Shown here: piece by piece, positions 46,514 through 60,900 of the stretch
Numbering within the stretch: the stretch's first letter is position 1
How the letters are laid out: every line of letters begins with the position of its first letter
Assembly: GCA_051294375.1 (NCBI GenBank)
Contig: CM119265.1
Coordinates: forward strand, 10,495,042 to 10,559,041
Direction of reading: 5' to 3'
Length of the DNA: 64,000 nt
Source: Paraspadella gotoi
Taxonomy: Eukaryota > Animalia > Chaetognatha
The notes under the pieces: generated by a model
What the model was told of the DNA's origin: nothing
Seen by the model: only the letters and a program-made list of their open reading frames with translations
The model's database searches: none
Made by a program: the position numbers and the translations under genes

Positions 46514-49365
46514 TTATTCAGTCTTGATCCTCTTCGCCGGCGGCTCCACCCCGTCGTCGACCGACTCAACCTTCGTTTCCAATGCGTTCGTCGTTGTTGA
46601 CGTCGTCTTCGGTGTCTGCACTACGACGTAGGTCTTCCCTCCCGAAGTTAGTATAGTCGACGTTTTAGGGGCCGTCGAAACAACTGCGGCTGCGGAGACT
46701 CCGGCAGCGACGCCACCAGCCTGCTTTATGACGCCCACGGGCGCGGAGCCAACGGGAACGCCGAGTCCGTCCGGCACTGACCGGTCAACCGTTTCTGTTT
46801 CCTCGGCTCCCAACGACTCCAGGGCAATTACTTCGGCCGCCAGGCTGTCTTCCTGGGACGCGGAGATTTGGATGACGCCGCCTTGAGACGACGCGAATAC
46901 GGACGGAATTTGGACGACGGCGTCAGCGCCGACGTTGGCGCCGGATAGCGTCAATTGCCCATCGGCCGCGTTGTTGTTGTTATTCGGTGGGGAACCAGAG
47001 AACTTGGGTTTCTCGGAGAGAGAAGGCCGTTGATCGATGACCTCGGCGTTTCGAGAAGGCGCAACTGGTAAAAGATCTGCGGAACCTGCGCCGGCCAAAA
47101 ATACTCCGCCGGTGGCGACCCCGCCGCCACTTCCCATAACCCCGATCGGCGTCTCGCCCAGCGACAGGGCTACCTTGTGTTCGATCAAAAAGAACATGTA
47201 CTCGTCGTACAAAAGGCGAATGAGGTGGAAGGAACCGAAGGAGGCGGCGCTCCGCAGCGTCAAGTCCCGGATGACCATTGAGCTGTAGAAGGACCACTTA
47301 AGGAGAAACTGACGGGCCGCTTTGGCGAAGTTCGCGGAACCCTCGTGGGGTTTAAGGACCTTAATGCGAAAAGAACAATCACCACTTTTTATAAAGAAAA
47401 AACAAATTTTCCAGTTGAATTTGGAAAACTGAAGCCGGGGAAAAACTGATTCCCACTCACCTGATCAACGACGCTCTCGAGCCAATTGGCCCATTCCTCC
47501 AACGACGTCTGAGCCTGCAGAGTCAACTTAAAGTCCTTCTCGAGGCTCTGCACGAGCGCGTCGTCGCACTGGCAAACCCAGGCCGCTTGCTCCTGTACGG
47601 AGGCGAAGTCGACGCGGTTGAGGTCGTTAAGCATCTGGTTGATTTGACTCGAGTTTTGAAGGACGGCCCGCGCCGCCTGAGCCAGGTGATTGAGCGAGGT
47701 GTAGCGGCGCAGGGTTTGAGAGAAGGCGTTGATGGAGGAGACCTTGACGCGAAAGGCTTCGCGCGGGAGTTCGTTCATGGTGGAGTTGGCCCATCCGTCG
47801 AGAGACTTGGCAAAGTTGCGGATCGCCTGCGTCAGCGTCGAAGGGATGGGACGCAGCACATCGGGGATCAGCACCTCCACTAACGACTGGTAAAAGGCGT
47901 GGTCGCACTGCCGCATGAACGCCTGCACTAATTCCATGCGGCAGAGCAGCATTAGCTTGTGCTTTGGCAACTGCTCCTCCATCTCGTCTTCGCCCTCGTC
48001 GTCGCGTTTCCAGAAGCTGCTCCACAAAGACTCGAGCAGACTGAACTGCAAGTTAATGACGATGTCGAGAATGGACTCGCAGTGATCCCGGTACAACGCT
48101 TCAAATGTCAGCAGATCCTCTCCTCGAAGACCTTCGGGCAATTCGATCATCTTCTCGGCGGTTTTGATATTGCCGGAGAGGATGCCCGGAAAATCGGCCA
48201 TAACCATGGAGGCGTCGCCCAAGTACTGCTGGTGCTCCTGTATCCTGGCCTGTTGCGCAGGGTCCATTTGAGGGTGGCCGGTGACGACCGGGCCGCAGTC
48301 GTAGTACGATTGTTGATTGTGATGTTCGCCGCCGACTCCAGCGCCAAAGTCGCCAGAACGGAATTTCTTTCCCCCGGCGTTGCCAACGGTGCCTCCGCCA
48401 CCAGTGCCCCCTCCCCCGTAACCCCGCATCGCGTTGTAGAGTTCGTCGGTGTACTGATTTAACGGGGAATTGGGTTTAACGCGAATCCCGTAGTAGTGAT
48501 ACTTAGAGTTGCCTCGTGTGCCCAAGCGTCGAGTCTTGAGCCCGACAAAGACAGAGCGGATGAGCTTGCCGAAAGAGGCGGCGTTCATGGCGTCAAGGTT
48601 GTGCTCGTTGCAGTGGCGCATGTAGTGGGAATAGAGGGTGCACCGGGCCAGCGACACGCCCTCCGAGGGCTCGAAATGCTCCAACAACCATTGAACGGTG
48701 GCTGGCGAGGCGCGGGTTACGTGCTGGATGGGGACTCCCTCCGCCTCGAAACTTCCAGCGGCCGCTCCGCCGCCAGAAGTGGACACGATGCCCCCGCCGC
48801 CGCCGCCTTGAAGGATGAAAGTACTGCCGCCGTGAGACACTAGTTGGCTCGGCATAGCACCGGCCGCGAGCCCGGTGAGTTGACTGGCCACGCCGATCGA
48901 CTTGGCGGACGAGGATGTCGGATTGGCGCGCTGGACGACCTGCATGCCAGAGGCGTCGTAGTAGGTGGCGCCGACGTCCGAGGGCGAGGTCTCTCCGGCG
49001 TATTGAGAAAATTGACGCAGAGAACCATTGGTCGCGGCGTAGATCTGCTCGCCATCCGTCAAATACTGGACACCATCGGTCGAGGAGGCGTTGGCGCCAG
49101 CGCCAGACGACTGGATAGTGATCATCGTTCCGTCCTCGGGGATTTCCGTCTTCGCCGAAAGCGTAAACTGCGACGATGAAAACGACGACGACGAAGACGA
49201 CGACGAGGCGCCCGAGGGACGAGCGGCGACGCCGGAACGCTCGATGACGTTGGCCGTGGCGGTGATGGTGGTGGAGGCGGAGTCGCGCGTGGATGATGAC
49301 GAAAAGCTTTGCAGGGATGAGGCGGAACCGGCGCTAGACGGTGCGGTGATGAAGGTGGTGGCCAT
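46514..49365 (-). CDS. RFX: RFX transcription factor (RFX1/2/3 class), 2 exons
   Basis: DNA-binding domain TRASPATVQWLL..NAASFGKLIRSVFVGLKTRRLGTRGNSKYHYYGI and dimerization region LRRYTSLNHLAQAARAVL, DLTLRSAASFGSFHLIRLLYDEY. Confidence 0.96.
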
Positions 49366-49766
49366 TACTGAACGGACGCATGTCGCAGAACTAAGGTTTC
49401 TGTTTTGGCCGATTCCGCTGAGTTTTCACGGAAAATACTGTTTCGATATCACCAACATCAAAAGCTTGGATGAAAACGAGTTTTTGTGTTAATCAATCTT
49501 ATATCCTGGAAAAAAACATTTTTTGATATAGATAAAAAGAGATAACAAAACCAATGGAAAATAAATAAATAAAAAACACGATTCTTTGGCGTTTGATTTT
49601 AACAAAGAAATGAGATTACTTCAGTTTTTATAATTAAATGGAATTAAAATTCTTTCAGTCAATAAATAACAAAAACCATACCACAAATTTGAGTTCAAAC
49701 GAACCACACGAGCACACTACATCACAGATAAGTCTTTGATAACAAAAAATTACTTTCTTGCTCCAC

Positions 49767-50878
49767 TCAGTTCACGGCAGTCAACACTTTCTTTTTCGCG
49801 TTAGTCGAGTCAATTTCCTCCGCCTCCCTGTTCAACGAGAATTCACTTTGCGAATCATTCATCGATTCTCTCGCTTCTTTTCCCTTTATCGGCTTTTTCC
49901 CTAAAATTTCTTCGCGGTTTGACTCATATTTCTTAATCATATCTTCTGTCGAAGAATTTCCATCCAAAGTGAGCACAGGAGCGGGAGGTGACGGTACCCC
50001 AGAAGCAGCCGGACCATCCGCGGTCCCGAGCAACCATCGCTCGTGCAAGTCGTGGAGAGTTTGCAAATAATCCAATGGAATGGCTTTTTCCTCGTCGCGA
50101 CAACGACGCTTGATTCGTTCGTGAACGTTTTCTGGATTCGTTTTCAAGTAAACTATAAGGTCAACGCCGCAATCCTGGTTGGCGAGGATCCAATCGAACC
50201 ACTCGGTCAGCACGGCGTACTCGACGGGTGGCATGACGCCGCCAGAGCGAAGGTTTTCCACGAAACAATGCTTGGCGGAGTAGATGGAGCGCTCCATCAT
50301 TTTGACGGTGGCACCGGGTCGGGAAAGGCGACGAGAATGTAGGTCCAGCATGGTCAACTGGACGTAGGTCTGAAAGGTAAGGCTCCAGCGGCGGGGGTCT
50401 TCGTACATGAGGCCAAGAGTGTTGTGCCCGCGAACGTCGCGCCACTTGTTGACGGGCTCTTGAAATCTGCCACAAGGATGATTAACTTAATGACTCTGGA
50501 ATTTCGCTCCCACTAAATTGAGCAAAAAACTCACGTTTCCACGATGGGTGACTCGGCAAAGTACTGAAGCAGCGTCGTCTTGCCGCTGCCGATGTTTCCC
50601 TCGACAACGACGGTGAAGGGTCGGTCACGTGACATGGTGCGAAAGTAACGGGCCAAACAGGAGACCTTGAGTTCGTTGGGCCTTCCGAACCGGCGGGGAA
50701 AAGAAAAAGAGCCGGACAAGAATGATGAGGATTCGGTCGAATGTAGAGAAATCTCTAGAGACGAGCAAAAGGACGAAGCGCGGCGAATTTTTGCCAACGC
50801 GATTCTCTTGGTCAAGTTTCTTGTCGAGTCACAAATGGAGACATAGCGACCAAGAGTTCGCGCGATGGAATTTGTCAT
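49767..50878 (-). CDS. TK2: Deoxynucleoside kinase (TK2/dNK family), 2 exons
   Basis: P-loop VEGNIGSGKTT, FQEPV, MYEDPRRWSLTFQTYVQLTM, MMERS and RCRDEEK. Two candidate ATGs (50878 and 50635). Confidence 0.9.
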
Positions 50879-51911
50879 AACGACGTCACAGGGACGGAAT
50901 ATTTTTTTGGGTGCAAAGTAGTTAATGTCCTGGAATGATGAGAAACGAAAATGTAACCAAGATTAAAGGTTATTGATCGAGATTTGGCGAGAAATTCAAG
51001 CTTAGTTCGTGAAAATGTGAGAAACAAAAAAAATTTGAGATCGAGAAATTCTAAAATTTTGGGCTTTTTCCCTTTGCACTTCTTTCACAGAACTAAGCTC
51101 GTCAAACAATTTCAAATCAACAAAATTAAAATAAAGAATTACTGACGAAAAATACATTTTGAAGGTATTTATTTAACTCCACCTCTGGACGCGCATGGTA
51201 TTGTTCGTCTTTATGTTTGAGAATAACTCAACGGGGTTATGACACAATATATACAAAAAGTACATACATTATGACGAAGTATCACAGTGGCGATGACAAA
51301 AAACCATTTTGAAAAAAAAGAAAAAAAAAGAAGGATGTCAAACGGATACAGCAAATTTAGTTCTGAAAAAAAAAATCACTGTGGAAAAAAAATGTAGCAG
51401 ATTAATTTGTGATTATCTTAGGTTTAGCATTCATTAAGATAATAACATGTAATTGCTATCTTTTCATAGGTCTATACTTGAATACAATTGCAAGCATCAC
51501 TCTCTAGTTCATTAGTCTTACCAAGAAGCCAGTCAAGTAGCCTGCAAACCATTAAGTAAGTCACTAATTAAATATCAACTGAACCTATATCATATAATCA
51601 GGGTAACCATTCTCATACAGATATATCCCCCTGTTATAAAAACCATGGAAATGAGTGATAGCCACGAACGGGAGAGATTGGTGAAGGGCGACGCGAATTG
51701 TTTTCAGATCAAATCCACACGGACGACGGAATATGGAACGAGAGTCGCGAAAATTGTTTTGCCTAAACGGAATAAAAACCGCAGTCGAACGTGGTAGACG
51801 TGAGAGATGGCCACGCCCGATAGATTCGCCCCAAAAAATGAACGAGTGTTATTTTTTTTAACGTCGAGTCTTCAGAGTCAGGAGAAAGTCGGTTGCGCTC
51901 GCGATCCGCTT

Positions 51912-54900
51912 TCACGATCTCGGCGGCGAATGAGTGAAACTTCGACTGGCCGGTTGAGGCGCCGCGGAATCCCTCACATTGTAGTCCGTGCTCCAAAGCT
52001 GCGGTTGCGGACGCGGCGACGTCGGCGACCGCCACGCGTACATCGGCGACAACGACGAAGGAGAATCGCCGGCGCCGGGAGGATTTCGCGGGGATGGCGT
52101 CAAAGCAGATCCGCCCAAAAATGCTGGGTGCGCCGACGCCGGAGGACGACGCATGAGAATCTGGCGAGTGAAGGTTGATTAATATAGTAATTAATAAAAT
52201 AATATACAGTAGTAGACGAAAAATTAGTCAATTAATTCCTGACTCACCGAATTGGCGACGAAAACGGCGCCGATAGTAGCGAGGACAGTGAGAAGCACGA
52301 CGAAGATCGTTTGATAATAAGAGAGGATGAAGGAGATTAGTTCTAGCAAAAGGCCGGGTCGCTGGGCGCCGGGAGACAGCGGCGCCTCCGCTGATGGACA
52401 TTCGGCGCGCGAGGATGACTCCACAAACTTAATGTGAAGGGGCACCGAGACCTTTTGACCTGCGAATAATAAAAGGGGTAGGGAAAGTACGGTGAGGATG
52501 TTACATAAACTTAAAGTACAAACTCAAGTACGAACTCACCCGTCAACGAACTTTGAATGAGTATCTGCGAGACGACGTCCTCGACGACGGCGGCGGGATT
52601 GGTGAGGCTCACGAGGATTCTCGTCGGTTCCTGTGTCAAGTTGATGGCGGAAGTCGCTTCCTTCTCGATGCTGAGTAAGGAAGGGTGAGACGATGACGCC
52701 TCAACCCACGCAGCGGAGGATAGCGTCGTCGAGAGCGTCACCACAAGCGGCGACGCAGAGTCGGATGCGAGAACAAGCGGGTCCTCGGTCGGCGTCGTCA
52801 CGTAAAATGGGGCCGAATAAGGTATGGCGACCGAATTGGAGACGAGATCGATGCCTCCGAGCGTCGTGGCGATGGCAGTGACGAAGACGTCAGAGTCGAT
52901 TCGCGACGCCGACTCTAGCAGCGCGCCCGCGGTAACGAGTTTTGACGTTACGACGCAGCGATGAAATCCGGAAGCGGCGTCGAAGGAGGCCGCCACCGAG
53001 ATTAGGGCGTCGGTGAGAGCGGGGTTGGCCGCCAGGGTGGCGCGACAGCGAAACGGCGCCGGGACGGAGATTCTTTCCAACGCCGAACGACACTCAGACG
53101 TAAGGGCGCCGCGTAGGCTCGGATGCCGTTCGGAATCGTCGCGGAGGACGGCGTCCACGACGACCGAGTTGGCGGCAAAATTGTTGAGCGCCGGAGTTTC
53201 GGGTCCAACCGACGCTAAACCTACGGCACTTAAGGGAGCCACATGGACGTCGGTAAGGGTGTACTGGTTGGCCCCGACATAGTAGCGCACCGTTGATGCT
53301 CCAGCCTTAATGGCCACGCCGAGGCCAGACCCGTCCAGGGATAACGCGCCGGCTCCGCCTTCCGCTAAGCCCCAGACGCCGGGAGTCTCTGATGACGTTG
53401 AGAGCGAAGACGAGAAACAAAGAACGTCACCGACGACGACGCCGCCGTCGACGCGAGGCGCGATGACATCATCGACGAAAATGGGAACAAAGTCGGCGGC
53501 GACGAGAGATTTGGCGTCGATTGCCGCGTGCGAAGATTTCATCCAGACTTTGACGACACTGCGACCCACGCGGTTGGCACGGGCGGAGAGGGAATGGTTC
53601 GTCGACGTCGAAATCTCCAAGAGGTCGAACCGGTTGGGTCGCTTTTGCAACGCGGCGTCGACGGCGTCGAAGACGTCGCCCACGCTGTACAGGAGAGGTA
53701 CTCAGGTTAGGAATTATATATTATTTGTTCTTCGGACAGCTGTTCGGACAAAAAAATACGAACGATAAAATAGTGCATCTGTAAACGTTCGGAATTACTT
53801 TTGTGGTAGAATAATTACCATTTACACTGCAGCGCAAACCGTATTGGATGGCTGAATTCTACTATATAAAAACATAAAACAAACCTTATTGAAAGATGAA
53901 GCAATATGTTCAAGTCCCAATAAAATCGAGCAAAGCGTTCGAAAGTTATAGGATGTCAAAAACGATTGGTACAAAAAATCGAGAAAAAAAAGAGATTTTC
54001 TTTTTTTAGTTAACAAGAGTCATCAATTTTTTCCTATTATAAAATGTTTATAATATGAAATTGGATGAATAAAATTAGAATAGAATATCTGTAGGGATAG
54101 GTGTCAACTATTTTTAACCTAAATCAAATATTGCTGTATTCTACTGCCTGAACCAATTAATTTTTTTTTTTTCAATATTATAAATATTTTTTCAATATTA
54201 AAAAAGAAATAGTGGGAGTATTAAGAGTTAACAAGTGGATTTCTTTTTTTTGCGCCGCAGAGTAATTTGCTAAGATATCCCCTTATCTTATAATTTAGTT
54301 TCGTTATTATGATAGACAGCAAGCGTAGTAATTAACTATATTATTTTCACAAACCTGTCATGATAAGTGGCGAAAAGTTCCAACCCGAGACCGACAGGAA
54401 CGGCGTGAACAATGGCAGTCGAGTGAACAACAGTGGCGCTGGATGAAGGTTAAACAGTTCATACAGCTTGTTATACGCACGAACAATGTAAAAAATGTAT
54501 CATACTTATTTACCTGTTTAGCATGAGGTATGCTATCGGCGCCACTCTCACGAGAATAGCCAACGTTTGGTTGATGCCGAAACTTTCATGAGCAGTAATC
54601 TGACCATTGTGACCAAACAGGAAATTGGTTAATGAATGAATATCAAATGACGAATGACGTCTCGGGGACAGACCTGCAACGTGGCCGTTCCCTGAGTGTT
54701 CCCGCTCTTTAGCACACCATCTCTCGAGATAATAGCCACACCGGCCTGGCCGCAGGGGCCGAGTATCTTGTAGGACATGGCGCCGGCAGCGCCATCTCTA
54801 CTCGTCTTGACCGGCATCTCCGTATTGGGCGTCATCAGCAGCTGCCCGTCGAGTTTGGGCGGCGAGAGAAGCGTCAGATCGTCGAAGATTTGAATCTCAA

Positions 54901-57900
54901 TTGAATCTTGGAGGACGCGGTTGGATTCAACCTGGGAGTCGAAACAGACGAGTTATGTTATATAATATTTATTAATGTATTTATTTATGTATATATTTAT
55001 TTTATATTCAGTTTATTTTTATTGTATAACTACGTATAGTTTTTTTTTCATCTCGCTCGATCACGCCTGATCAGGGCTAACTTAACTTGCTCTATGTTCA
55101 CCTGATCCTTGCTGCCGTCAACGACGGCCGCCTTGAGAGTGACCTTGACGTGTCCCGGTTCCAACGCTTTCAGTCGACGCGCGAAATCGCTCTCCGACGG
55201 AAATACGATGCGTCGCTCGTGAATTGGGGCGTGGAGAAAGGCGATCTACGAGGAAAAAACCACTACTTCTACATCTTTAAATGATCTGAGTCAACGACTC
55301 TAACCTCACCTGCTTCGAATTGATCGACCACTGGAATCGAAGCGCCGGCGACGCCGAGCCGAACGCGTGCGGCGATTCGGCGTCGGAAGAGACGCCAACG
55401 GCGAAGAGAGGCATCGTGTTGCCGACTTTAAGACGACGTAAGGGGGCGTGAATGCGGAGGCCAGATAAACGAACCACGAAAACATTAACGTAATCCTTAA
55501 AAAGCGTCGAAATAGTAGTGAATCAATTTATCAATTAGATAAAATATTAAATGAGAAAATCAACAGGTCCTAAACACAACACCACATTTCCGCAATCCCC
55601 CTTTTTTTACCTCCGAATAAACGATTTCTTTTCCGGTGACAGGGTCGACGCCAACAGCTTTCCCGACGAGACGAGATTCCCCGATGGCGGCGGCGCTGAC
55701 GAGGCCGTTGGATGAAACCGAAGCCACGCGTCCATCGGAGAGAAAGTAACGAACCGTGGATTCTGGCTGAGGCCCGCCCACTGCAAGCACCTGTACCGAC
55801 GCGGCTCGTTTTTTAAAATTCTATTTTGGGATGACACATCCTACGATGACAAGATACGGACCTGAAATTCCGCTCCGATAATTAGGGTTATGTTCTTAGG
55901 CGAGAGACGCAAGGGAGGGAAGACTTGAATCGGTTTGGTCACGGAAGAAACGAGTCCGCCCGATCGCGATTCGTAGGCTGAGGCAGTGGAGAAACTTAAT
56001 TATGGGGATCGAAACGAATTCAACTATCCTCCCCCCGAGCGACTTACCCGTGAAAGCCAAAGACGTGTGGCCAATGGAAGCCCCGGTAACGACGTAGGTG
56101 GCGGTGATGCCGTCGAGATTGAAGGACGATTCGGAGAGAGAAATGAACTCACCCGCGTCGTGAAGTACTGGCTGAAAAAGGAATTAATTACTACACTACA
56201 TTACGTAATACGTATAGAGACTAAAATATCGAATAAAACAGAGCATGTTCTAACCTGTAGCCCCATGATTTTATGAAGGGACGAAGGAAGGGCAACGCCT
56301 CTGGTATCCAAAACGATCACAGAAGCTTCAATCGTGTGACTCAGTTCGACTTTGTCCAAGACGGAGAGCTCAATTGAATGAAGACCTAACAAAAATAAAA
56401 AGTGAAGAAACATAAAAAATAAACATTTAAGAACAGCAAAGACTAACTATCAAAAAAAATTGAATCAAGACTGACCAGCAATATGCAGCTTGGCCGAAGC
56501 CGTGGCGCCACCCTCGACGCAGAGATCGTGAACCGTGACGACGAGATCGCCGTCCCGAGAGGGCGTGGCCACGACTTCGCGTGGTTTGACGATGTCGTAT
56601 TCTAGTTCGGCCAAAGACCCGTCGGAGGGTGTCACGTGGAAAAACCCACTTCCTCCCAAAATCTCCAAAGTCGCTAAACGAAAAAAATCGTAAGTCAAAT
56701 TTGCTTTTTCTTTATGGCTACGCCAGAAATACTAAATACTCAATACTCGCCTTTGTTCGATGGATGGTTGAACAATGTGATCGATTCGGGACTTAATTTC
56801 GGTTCCCCCACAAGTTGCAGCGTCACGTGATCCGAAATTGGCGGCGCCACTTCCGGTTCGAAGGCCGGGGAGATCAACGCCAGATGATCTTTGAGGTAGG
56901 AAGCGACGGTGGCGTCGACGCGAAGGTCACCGACGGCGTCGAATAGGCGAAGCCCGATTGAAGAAGACAGGGCTGTCACTAAATGTGAAGGAAATAAGGA
57001 TAGTTCAATAAGACCAAACACAATCTAACTCACACTTTCGCTCTCACCACCGTCCGCCGTTTTGAGAGCGACAGTTTTCAAAGCGGGAGGATTAGGCAAC
57101 TCTGCCATCTCCGATCGACTCAGGCTCCACTCGAAATTCAGCGAGGAAAAATTGTGAAAACGGCGTCCCTTGGCGTCGGTAACGCCGACAATCAAATCGA
57201 GGACGCCGGAAGAGCGGACGGGGATAGAGGCAGCGTCGTCGGCGTGAAGAGGGCAGGGCACCGGAAGGTCGGACGGCTTCGGAATCTAAAAAGAAAAGAC
57301 GAGCCCTATAATTTTGAGCTACAATCGGGCGAGTTTTCAGCGATAAACCTCCGGGCTAAGCTGCAGCAAGACGGGTTGAGCACAAACGAAGGGCAGATCG
57401 GCCTCGACGGCGGCAGGATGGGGGTTCGACGGAGTCGCCCTGTTCCCGATCCTGATGCCGACTTTGGTTTCGGAAAGAAGTCGACAGGTCACTCGAAAAA
57501 CGTGGAGAATCTTCGACCCTGTGACAGTTGCAACGTTAATTAAGAATATTCCCGAAAACACTTGTTAATAGTAATTATCAAACCTCGGTTCGTTTTTTTC
57601 CTCCCCTTCTCGGCGAACCCGAGAATAACTGTCTTTTCTTTTCCATCAGCCGCAATTGGGATCTTAAGAAAAGACAAAAATAGTGATAAGTAGTAAATTC
57701 GACTAAAACAAATTAATGCACCTCATCGCTAGTCACCTGGAAATGGTGGGAGGGATCGAGAGTCCATGGCAAAGGTCCTCCGCTGAAGGCAACTTCGAGC
57801 GAGGAGCCCAAAGTGACGAGACCGAGTGGGTGAGGCCAAATCTGTTAGAAGAATTGATAATCAATGAAGAGTCTCGACGAGAAAAAAAGGGTAAAGAAAA

Positions 57901-60900
57901 GTTACCGGCACTAAAGGTTTAAAGGCTCCGACGGTCGCCTCGGCCGTCATTTGAATGTCCCTGGAGACGGCGAGAAAAGCGGCGATTTGAGTGAATCCTT
58001 GGACGCCGGCGGCTTTTACTCCAACGCCGACGCAGGCGTCGGAAGAGTTGACGGTGGATCCTGAGGCGTCGGGTACGTGTTCGAAGATGGAGGAGTCGCC
58101 GGAGGTGATATGGAACGGAAGGCCGCGACAATCGGTGATCGGAACGAGCTGGACCAAGTTCGTCATCGATTTGAACAAAGAAAAAATTGATAGCTAAAAA
58201 AATACAACTTACCTCCTTTGAACCGGGAAGTTCCACGTCCAACCGCAGCGGTAGCGTCAACTCCTTTCCTATCTCCGCCTCGACGGGTGAGGGCAAAAAG
58301 CTGAGTTTCTTCGGCGGCAGAACCAAGATCTTCGACGAAGCAGAGTGATGCTTGTTCCGCACGTCGGCGGCGGTTACTTCAACGACGCCCTCGTTACGGG
58401 TCACGACGACTCCGTGACTATCGACCATCGCCACTTCCGAGCGGGACGACTTCCAAGCGTAGTGACCGCTTCCCCCTGAAATTACAATTTTGTGGAGTCG
58501 CGTTTTTGATAGAGATCGACAATTTGATCTTCGATGAAGACTGTTTAAATACGAACCTGAGGCGATCAGTTTGTAGCGGTAAGAAACAGGATCGCCGGAC
58601 GACGAGGGAAGCCAAGGAAAAACCAACAATTTAGGAACAAGAGTGATTGGATGAAATATCTCGAATTCCTAGAAGATTTTTTTATAAAATTCACAATATG
58701 TAAAACTTTAAACAATTTCGAAAATGTTTTCGCGGACGAAAGATATTTTAATCACCTGATCTCCGCTTATGGGCGGTTCCAAGGCGAACGCCCTGAGCGA
58801 TCCGCGGGGAATAATTTCGTCAAGCGTCGCCCGAATGTGATCTGTTCCAGGTTCCAGGGTTTCCACTACATGGGTGGCTCCGTTTTCAGAGGAGGACAAA
58901 ACTCGAAAATGCTTTTCCGGAAACGTCGCCTATTTTAATTATTATTTCTTATTTATTATTATAACATCAAAAACGATTTATGAAGTTGAAGACATAAAAA
59001 AGAAGGAATTCTTAGGCCATCAAATTTTCCCGAATTGCGAGTCAGAGTGATCATAAAAAGTAACGGAATTTTATCCTTAACGTCGAATAAAAACGCGACG
59101 AACACAAACTGCATTGCGTAGAAAACAAGTTTAGCTGTCAGGATCGTCGTTAGACAATCGCCAGGATTATTTCTTCTTTTTTTTTAAATACATAATGAAA
59201 ACACGCCCGGACAGCCAGAAATCGAAAAGAATTCGTTTCATGTGATTCTATAAGAAGAAACGCACGCTCGAAGGGTCATAAGTGGTGAGTGAAATGGCTG
59301 GAGATCAAACCCACGTCCACATGCTATTGACGCCACAAACGCACAACCTCCCCCCCTCTCTCCGCCGATGATAGGTGTCGTCTTTCGAGCGCCACGATGA
59401 CGCTGGTCGCCACGACGACCAAAGATGGGCCCGTGTTCGGCGGTACCATCAATCATCATTCCTGCAGCAACAACAAATGTCCGTCCAACATCCAAAACGC
59501 CAACTTCAACAACAACAACACCAACAATAACAATAGCGGAAATAACCAGGTGTTGAAAATATTTTTAATTGGTCATCAACAAAACACGGACAACTAATAA
59601 ACCCTCAAAATTTATAAAATCGAATCGCTCAGTGCTGTGGAGGACTTCCGGAAGAGATCGACAACACTTTCGTGTGGATGATCGTCTCCATCATTATTTG
59701 GCTTTTGATTCACCACTATATCGTTAACCCGGCCTGCTTCACCAACACGTACTTCTTCTGAAATGAAAATGCATCAGATCGGGATTACGACGACGACGAC
59801 GACGACGCGGAATGAAGAAATAAAGATAAAAAAGAATTACAAAAATTAATGTCACGAGAATAAGAATAAAAACGACTTCGGATTTTGCAGCTAAAGAATC
59901 TCTATGTTATGAGCAGATATGGATCGCGTTTAACGAGGCTCACCTTAATTCTCAAGTTGGGCGAAGCGTAGATGAGGTGATTATCGGAATCGAAAACCTG
60001 AATCGTGACTGTGTACTTTCGACGGGATTCCAACACCCAACTGTTGTGTGGGTCGATAAGAAAACCTGCCCCATCCGTAAAAAATGAATGCAAAATTTAC
60101 TAATTTATAGAATTAAAAAAGAGACTTACCCAAATGGTGAGGATCCACGACGTAAATCCTGGCTTGAGGCTGCATGAAGTTTCGGGCGTTGGTCGGAGAC
60201 ACGTCGCGATCTTGAAGAACGACCAACGTATGACCCTTCTTGACTCCGGCGACGAGGCTGGTCCGTTCTTCCAAACTGCAAATCTCGGTGTCGGCTAAAC
60301 GAAACAAAAGTTATTGACTCAATCCACCAGCGACTTTCTCAAACAATAGGATAAATCGCATTTACCGACGGAAAGAAAATACTGTCGGCTCGGCATCGCG
60401 ATGTCCTCGATCGAGTTTTGTCTGATCTGCTTGACCCTGTAGGGAATGAGACCGTTGACGAGGACGTAAGAGTTAACCGATGGATCGAGAACGAGATTGG
60501 CCACCACGATGAGGGTGGCGCTAACAGGCGCCACCGACGCGTAGCGCGCGTCCTTGAGCTTGGCCTGCACGACAGCCGTGCCCGTCTTGATGCCTGTAAT
60601 AATTAAGAGAAGTTCGCTAAGGGGCATGAAGTGGGGGGAAGGGAGTTGGTGCAGCACGCCTCGTTTCCTAATCACCTTCGACGAGACAAGAACTCCCATG
60701 TGAGCTCCTCAATTCCATGTCATGAATGTGCTTGTGCGTATCGTAGTCGGAATCGGCAAACTTCAAGAAGCGCAGCACTTTGGCGGGATCTTGCGACGCG
60801 CGACCTTCCACGCGCGAATCGGGGAGCAACGTCCATTGGAACTCGATACCTGTGAGAGAGAGAGAGAGAGAGAGAGAAAATCAGCGTATATTATTAATAA

